From Bacteroides sp. (GTDB lineage: Bacteria; Bacteroidota; Bacteroidia; Bacteroidales; SM23-62), in NCBI GenBank assembly GCA_030640625.1, contig DAOWJB010000011.1, positions 1-49,481 on the forward strand: 49,481 nucleotides of DNA, given 5' to 3'. Below, piece by piece: positions 45,398-49,481 of this stretch (position 1 is the stretch's first letter; every line of letters begins with the position of its first letter). A program made the translations under genes and the position numbers. The notes below the pieces were generated by a model, which saw nothing but the letters and a program-made list of their open reading frames with translations, was not told the DNA's origin and made no database searches.

Positions 45398-46741
45398 ATG
45401 AAACTAACCGAACTGTCCGCAATATCGCCAATTGATGGGAGATATCGTAAAAAAGTACAGGAATTGGCTCCTTTTTTCTCAGAATTCGGACTGATCCGGT
45501 ACCGGGTCTTTATTGAGATTGAATATTTTATCGAGCTTTGCCAGCTGCATTTAGCGGAGTTATCGGGAGTGGATCCCGGTATCTTCGAAAAACTGCGTAC
45601 TTTTTATACGGAATTTTCAGAAACGGATGCCGAGAAGATCAAGGAATTTGAGAAAACGACCAATCATGATGTAAAGGCTGTCGAATATTTTATCAAGGAG
45701 AAATTTGATGAATCAGGCCTGTCGCAATACAAGGAGTTCATTCATTTTGCATTGACCTCCCAGGATGTAAATAACACTGCAACCCCCCTGTCCCTTAAAG
45801 ATGCCATGACTCAGGCCTATTTGCCCGTTCTTGATGAACTGACCGGGGTGCTGAGGGAAAAAGCCGGACAATGGTCCCTCGTCCCCATGCTCGGGAAAAC
45901 CCATGGGCAACCGGCATCGCCAACCAGGATGGGGAAGGAGATAAAGGTTTTTGTCGAACGGCTTGACAAGCAGTCGGACCTACTCAAAACCATACCCTAT
46001 TCGGCGAAATTTGGCGGTGCGACGGGTAACTTCAATGCACATTTCGTGGCTTATCCCGAGGTGGACTGGGTGCTTTTCGCCGACAAGTTTGTGAATGAAA
46101 AACTGGGATTGGAAAGACAAAAGACCACTACACAGATTGAGCACTACGATTACATGGCGGCCTTGTTCGACAACCTCAAGCGCATCAACACCATATTGAT
46201 TGATCTTACACGTGATGCCTGGTCGTATATCTCCATGGAATATTTCAAGCAGAAGATCAAGACAGGGGAGGTTGGATCATCCGTAATGCCGCACAAAGTG
46301 AATCCCATAGACTTTGAAAATGCAGAAGGAAACCTGGGCGTGGCCAATGCCCTGTTTGAACACCTCTCTGCCAAACTGCCCATTTCAAGACTGCAGCGTG
46401 ACCTAAGCGACTCAACGGTGTCAAGGAATATCGGGATGCCCCTGGCCCATACCCTCCTGGCCTTTAAGTCCCTTCTGAAAGGCCTGGATAAACTGATCAT
46501 CAATGAAGACAAGATCAGGCAGGATCTTGACCAGAACTGGGCCGTTGTTACCGAAGCTATACAGACCATCCTCCGGCGCGAAGGTTACCCAAAACCATAT
46601 GAAGCGCTGAAAGATCTGACCCGGAACAATAAAATCATCACCCGTGATGTACTACATTCCTTCATTGATACGTTACAATTAGATAGGGACGTGATTGAGG
46701 AGCTTAAGAGGATCACACCGGATAATTATACCGGGATCTAG
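45398..46741 (+). CDS. purB: Adenylosuccinate lyase
   Basis: 447 aa with SPIDGRY, LTSQDVNNTA, GKTHGQPASPT, and the signature GSSVMPHKVNP. Confidence 0.93.
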   Translation: MKLTELSAISPIDGRYRKKVQELAPFFSEFGLIRYRVFIEIEYFIELCQLHLAELSGVDPGIFEKLRTFYTEFSETDAEKIKEFEKTTNHDVKAVEYFIKEKFDESGLSQYKEFIHFALTSQDVNNTATPLSLKDAMTQAYLPVLDELTGVLREKAGQWSLVPMLGKTHGQPASPTRMGKEIKVFVERLDKQSDLLKTIPYSAKFGGATGNFNAHFVAYPEVDWVLFADKFVNEKLGLERQKTTTQIEHYDYMAALFDNLKRINTILIDLTRDAWSYISMEYFKQKIKTGEVGSSVMPHKVNPIDFENAEGNLGVANALFEHLSAKLPISRLQRDLSDSTVSRNIGMPLAHTLLAFKSLLKGLDKLIINEDKIRQDLDQNWAVVTEAIQTILRREGYPKPYEALKDLTRNNKIITRDVLHSFIDTLQLDRDVIEELKRITPDNYTGI

Positions 46742-46770
46742 TATGAATAACCACTTTTCCTGAAAACCTG

Positions 46771-48588
46771 ATGAAGAGATTCCTGAGTATTGTAGGTTAC
46801 ATCAAGCCTTATTGGGGTTATGCTGTCCTGAATATTCTCTTTAATATACTCTCGGCTTTTTTTGCCCTGTTTTCCTTTGTGATGGCCATCCCATTTCTGA
46901 GGATACTGTTTGAAACACAGAAAATGGTCATCACCGCTGTACCATTTGAACTGAATACCCAGGCCCTGCAACATAATTTCAATTATTTCCTGAGCAAGAT
47001 CATTATTGATCAGGGTGCCACTGCAGCCTTGTTGCTGATCAGTGGACTGGTGGTGATAATGGCCATGCTGAAGACGGGATTTAAATTTCTTGCCAATTAT
47101 TATATCACCCCTGTAAGAGTGCGGGTTGTAAGGGATATCAGGAACAAGGTTTACAAAAAGATACTTCGCCTTCCCATGTCATATTTCTCTGAATCCCGGA
47201 AGGGCGATGTCATCTCCCGGGTTGGCATGGATGTGAATGAGATAGAGTTATCCGTGATGAGTTCCCTGGAAATGGTTTTCCGTGATCCGATAACCATAAT
47301 AATTTTCCTTGTTTACATGTTTGTGATCAATTACCAGCTGACCCTGTTTGCCCTGGTCCTGCTACCCGTAAGCGGTATATTCATAGGAAGGATCGGTAAA
47401 AACCTCAGGAAAAGTTCCATGAAACTGCAGACCCAGCAGGGAACACTGTTATCCATCCTGGAAGAGACGCTGAGCGGGATGCGCATTGTCAAGGCATTCA
47501 ACGGAGAGAAGAAGATCACCGAGAAATTCGCAGAAATCAATGAGGCTTTTACCGAGACCATCACCAGGGTATACCGCCGTCGATTCCTGGCTTCACCCCT
47601 GAGTGAATTCCTGGGAACCATGATTATGATGATCCTGATGTATGTCGGTGGACTGATCGTATTGAATCAGAGTGGCACACTGTCCTCGGAAGCATTTATC
47701 GCCTACCTGATCATATTCTCACAGATCATAACACCGGCCAAGGCCTTCTCAACCGGCTATTACAATATTCAGAAAGGCATGGCAGCCTTCGAACGGGTGG
47801 AGCAGATCCTGTTCACGGAGATCAGGATCAAAGACAGGGGAAATGCGCAGCCCGTAAGCACATTTGAATCAGCCATTGAATACAGGAACGTAATTTTTTC
47901 GTATGATACCGAGCCGGTTTTGAAAAACATCAACCTGACCATTGCAAAAGGGAGGACCATTGCCATCGTTGGAAAATCAGGTTCGGGGAAGTCCACCCTG
48001 GTAGATCTCCTGCCCAGGTTTATTGATCCTGTCAGCGGTACCATCCTGATCAACGGACAGCCTATTGAAGAATTTAAAATAGCAGATCTTCGAAACCTGA
48101 TGGGCATTGTCAGCCAGCAATCCATCCTGTTCAATGATACCTTCTTCAATAACATTGCATTCGGGATGGATCAGGTAGATGAAACAAATGTCATTAATGC
48201 AGCGAAAATTGCCAATGCGCATGATTTTATCATGGAAACAAGCCGGGGATACCAGACCAATGTAGGAGATGCAGGCAGTAAAATGTCCGGCGGACAAAGG
48301 CAGCGGATCAGCATTGCCAGGGCTTTGCTGAAAAATCCGCCTATTCTGATCCTGGATGAAGCAACCTCTTCACTCGATACCGAGTCTGAAAAGTATGTGC
48401 AGGAGGCCATAGAGAACCTGATGATGAACAGGACATCCATTGTTATTGCACACCGCTTGTCTACCGTAAAACACGCAGATGAGATCTGTGTGCTTGAACA
48501 GGGTGAGATCCTGGAAAGGGGGAACCATGATGATTTACTACATAATGAAGGTTTATATGCAAAATACCATATGCTACAAATGTTTTAA
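46771..48588 (+). CDS. ABC transporter, fused permease/ATP-binding protein (MsbA-like exporter)
   Basis: 605 aa. Six N-terminal transmembrane segments are followed by Walker A GKSGSGKST, the signature MSGGQRQR, and Walker B ILILDEATS. Confidence 0.9.
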   Translation: MKRFLSIVGYIKPYWGYAVLNILFNILSAFFALFSFVMAIPFLRILFETQKMVITAVPFELNTQALQHNFNYFLSKIIIDQGATAALLLISGLVVIMAMLKTGFKFLANYYITPVRVRVVRDIRNKVYKKILRLPMSYFSESRKGDVISRVGMDVNEIELSVMSSLEMVFRDPITIIIFLVYMFVINYQLTLFALVLLPVSGIFIGRIGKNLRKSSMKLQTQQGTLLSILEETLSGMRIVKAFNGEKKITEKFAEINEAFTETITRVYRRRFLASPLSEFLGTMIMMILMYVGGLIVLNQSGTLSSEAFIAYLIIFSQIITPAKAFSTGYYNIQKGMAAFERVEQILFTEIRIKDRGNAQPVSTFESAIEYRNVIFSYDTEPVLKNINLTIAKGRTIAIVGKSGSGKSTLVDLLPRFIDPVSGTILINGQPIEEFKIADLRNLMGIVSQQSILFNDTFFNNIAFGMDQVDETNVINAAKIANAHDFIMETSRGYQTNVGDAGSKMSGGQRQRISIARALLKNPPILILDEATSSLDTESEKYVQEAIENLMMNRTSIVIAHRLSTVKHADEICVLEQGEILERGNHDDLLHNEGLYAKYHMLQMF

Positions 48589-48618
48589 TTAACTTTATAT
48601 AAAGATTCTATTAATGTA

Positions 48619-49481
48619 ATGAAGGTTTGTGGATTCAGTTTTGTTCGTAATGCGGTTAAGTTTTCCTACCCGGTGGTGGAGGCCATTCAGTCCATTCTCC
48701 CTGTATGTGATACTTTTATTATGAGTGTTGGTAATTCGGAAGATGGAACCATGGATCTCATCAGGTCAATTGATTCTGATAAGATACGGATCATAGAAAG
48801 TGAATGGGATGACAGTAAGCGCAGGAATGGTGAAGTTCTTTCCGTAGAGACCAACAAGGTTTTTAATCAGATCCCCGAAGATTATGACTGGGCCTTTTAT
48901 ATCCAGGCCGATGAGGTGATGCATGAGAAATATCATCCGGCCATCCTGGATGCCATGGACAAATGGCATGACCGGCCGGAAGTGGAAGGGATACTTTTCA
49001 AATACCTGCATTTCTTCGGAAGTTTTGACTATAATGCCGACTCCCGTTCCTGGTACAGGAATGAGATCCGGATTGTCAGGAACAGGAAGCAGATCCGTTC
49101 CTATAAAGATGCCCAGGGATTCCGCATTGATAACCGGAAACTGAATGTTAAGCCGGTTGATGCCTGCATGTTCCATTACGGTTGGGTCCGGCCCCCTGAG
49201 GTCATGCAGCAAAAGCATGTGAGCTTCAACAGGTTCTATCACAGTGATGATTGGGTCGACCGCAAGATCAATCATACCCGGTTATATGATTATTCCAAGG
49301 TAGACTCTATTTCCCGCTTCACAGATACCCACCCTAATGTCATGCAGGAAAGGATCAATAAATTGAACTGGAAAGTTGAAATCGACGAGAACAGGAAGGG
49401 TTATAAGCTTTCCGACCGCATGCTACACTGGGTTGAAGATAAAACCGGCAAAAGGCTCTTCGAATACAAAAACTACAATCT
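48619..49481 (+). CDS. Glycosyltransferase-like protein, 3'-partial (runs off the right edge; absent from the ORF track)
   Basis: My own translation from the ATG at 48619 gives an uninterrupted frame to the window end: MKVCGFSFVRNAVKFSYPVVEAIQSILPVCDTFIMSVGNSEDGTMDLIRSI..YIQADEVMHE... This N-terminal pattern is what I recall for Bacteroidota proteins annotated as family-2 glycosyltransferases, and it includes a DxD-like ADE. The 169-aa minus-strand ORF at 48766..49275 is antisense to it. Confidence 0.7.
   Translation, partial: MKVCGFSFVRNAVKFSYPVVEAIQSILPVCDTFIMSVGNSEDGTMDLIRSIDSDKIRIIESEWDDSKRRNGEVLSVETNKVFNQIPEDYDWAFYIQADEVMHEKYHPAILDAMDKWHDRPEVEGILFKYLHFFGSFDYNADSRSWYRNEIRIVRNRKQIRSYKDAQGFRIDNRKLNVKPVDACMFHYGWVRPPEVMQQKHVSFNRFYHSDDWVDRKINHTRLYDYSKVDSISRFTDTHPNVMQERINKLNWKVEIDENRKGYKLSDRMLHWVEDKTGKRLFEYKNYN

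Noticed and set aside
48766-49275. A 169-aa minus-strand ORF near the right edge.
   Set aside because: The opposite strand carries an uninterrupted 287-codon frame with a family-typical N-terminus that runs off the window. The minus-strand ORF is its shadow.
1-49481. A search by eye for tRNA or rRNA genes, CRISPR repeats, transposase or integrase genes, long direct or inverted repeats, and riboswitch-sized leaders.
   Set aside because: Intergenic spacers are short (the longest are 279 and 227 nt) and show no cloverleaf-like, repeat-spacer or IS-end structure. No ORF has recombinase motifs. A computational scan (tRNAscan, Infernal/Rfam, a self-dot-plot) would be needed to exclude them rigorously.

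Overview
This 49.5 kb window is densely coding: about 46 protein genes, two of them cut by the window edges and missing from the ORF track. I found no rRNA, tRNA, CRISPR array, transposase or integrase. It reads as a core-chromosome segment of an anaerobic Bacteroidota. The evidence is gldF/gldG, a T9SS-type C-terminal sorting domain, no Shine-Dalgarno sequences, and exact TAnnTTTG '-7' boxes 22-35 nt upstream of eight start codons.

Gene content, left to right:
- Hydrogenase maturation and neighbours: hypF (5' partial), an antisense CBS gene, hypA, hypB and metA.
- An M14 carboxypeptidase and a 714-aa orphan exported protein.
- A co-directional module of ADP-forming acyl-CoA synthetase, aminotransferase and four-subunit 2-oxoacid:ferredoxin oxidoreductase.
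- nadD, a plus-strand MNT/HEPN pair, gmk and yicC.
- A MATE transporter, tryptophanase, an exported WD40 propeller, a multi-PAS histidine kinase, a macrodomain protein and pheT.
- surE, lpxB, a SpoIID-like gene, gldF, gldG, a DUF4340-like gene, dnaN, a DEDDh exonuclease and a FAH-family gene.
- A T9SS-CTD protein that lacks a signal peptide.
- A tightly coupled six-gene minus-strand run: NfeD, GNAT, CAP, SDR, pyk and HD.
- purB, an MsbA-like ABC exporter and a 3'-partial glycosyltransferase-like gene.

I see no unambiguous novel multi-gene system. The best candidates for follow-up are:
- the MNT/HEPN cassette that interrupts gmk-nadD, whose HEPN lacks an Rx4-6H motif;
- the 714-aa orphan protein next to the M14 peptidase;
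- the NfeD-led operon with no SPFH partner;
- the signal-less T9SS-CTD gene, preceded by a strand-specific 13-bp hairpin;
- a G9 tract inside the OFOR alpha subunit.

All family assignments come from motif recognition by eye. No database search was run.
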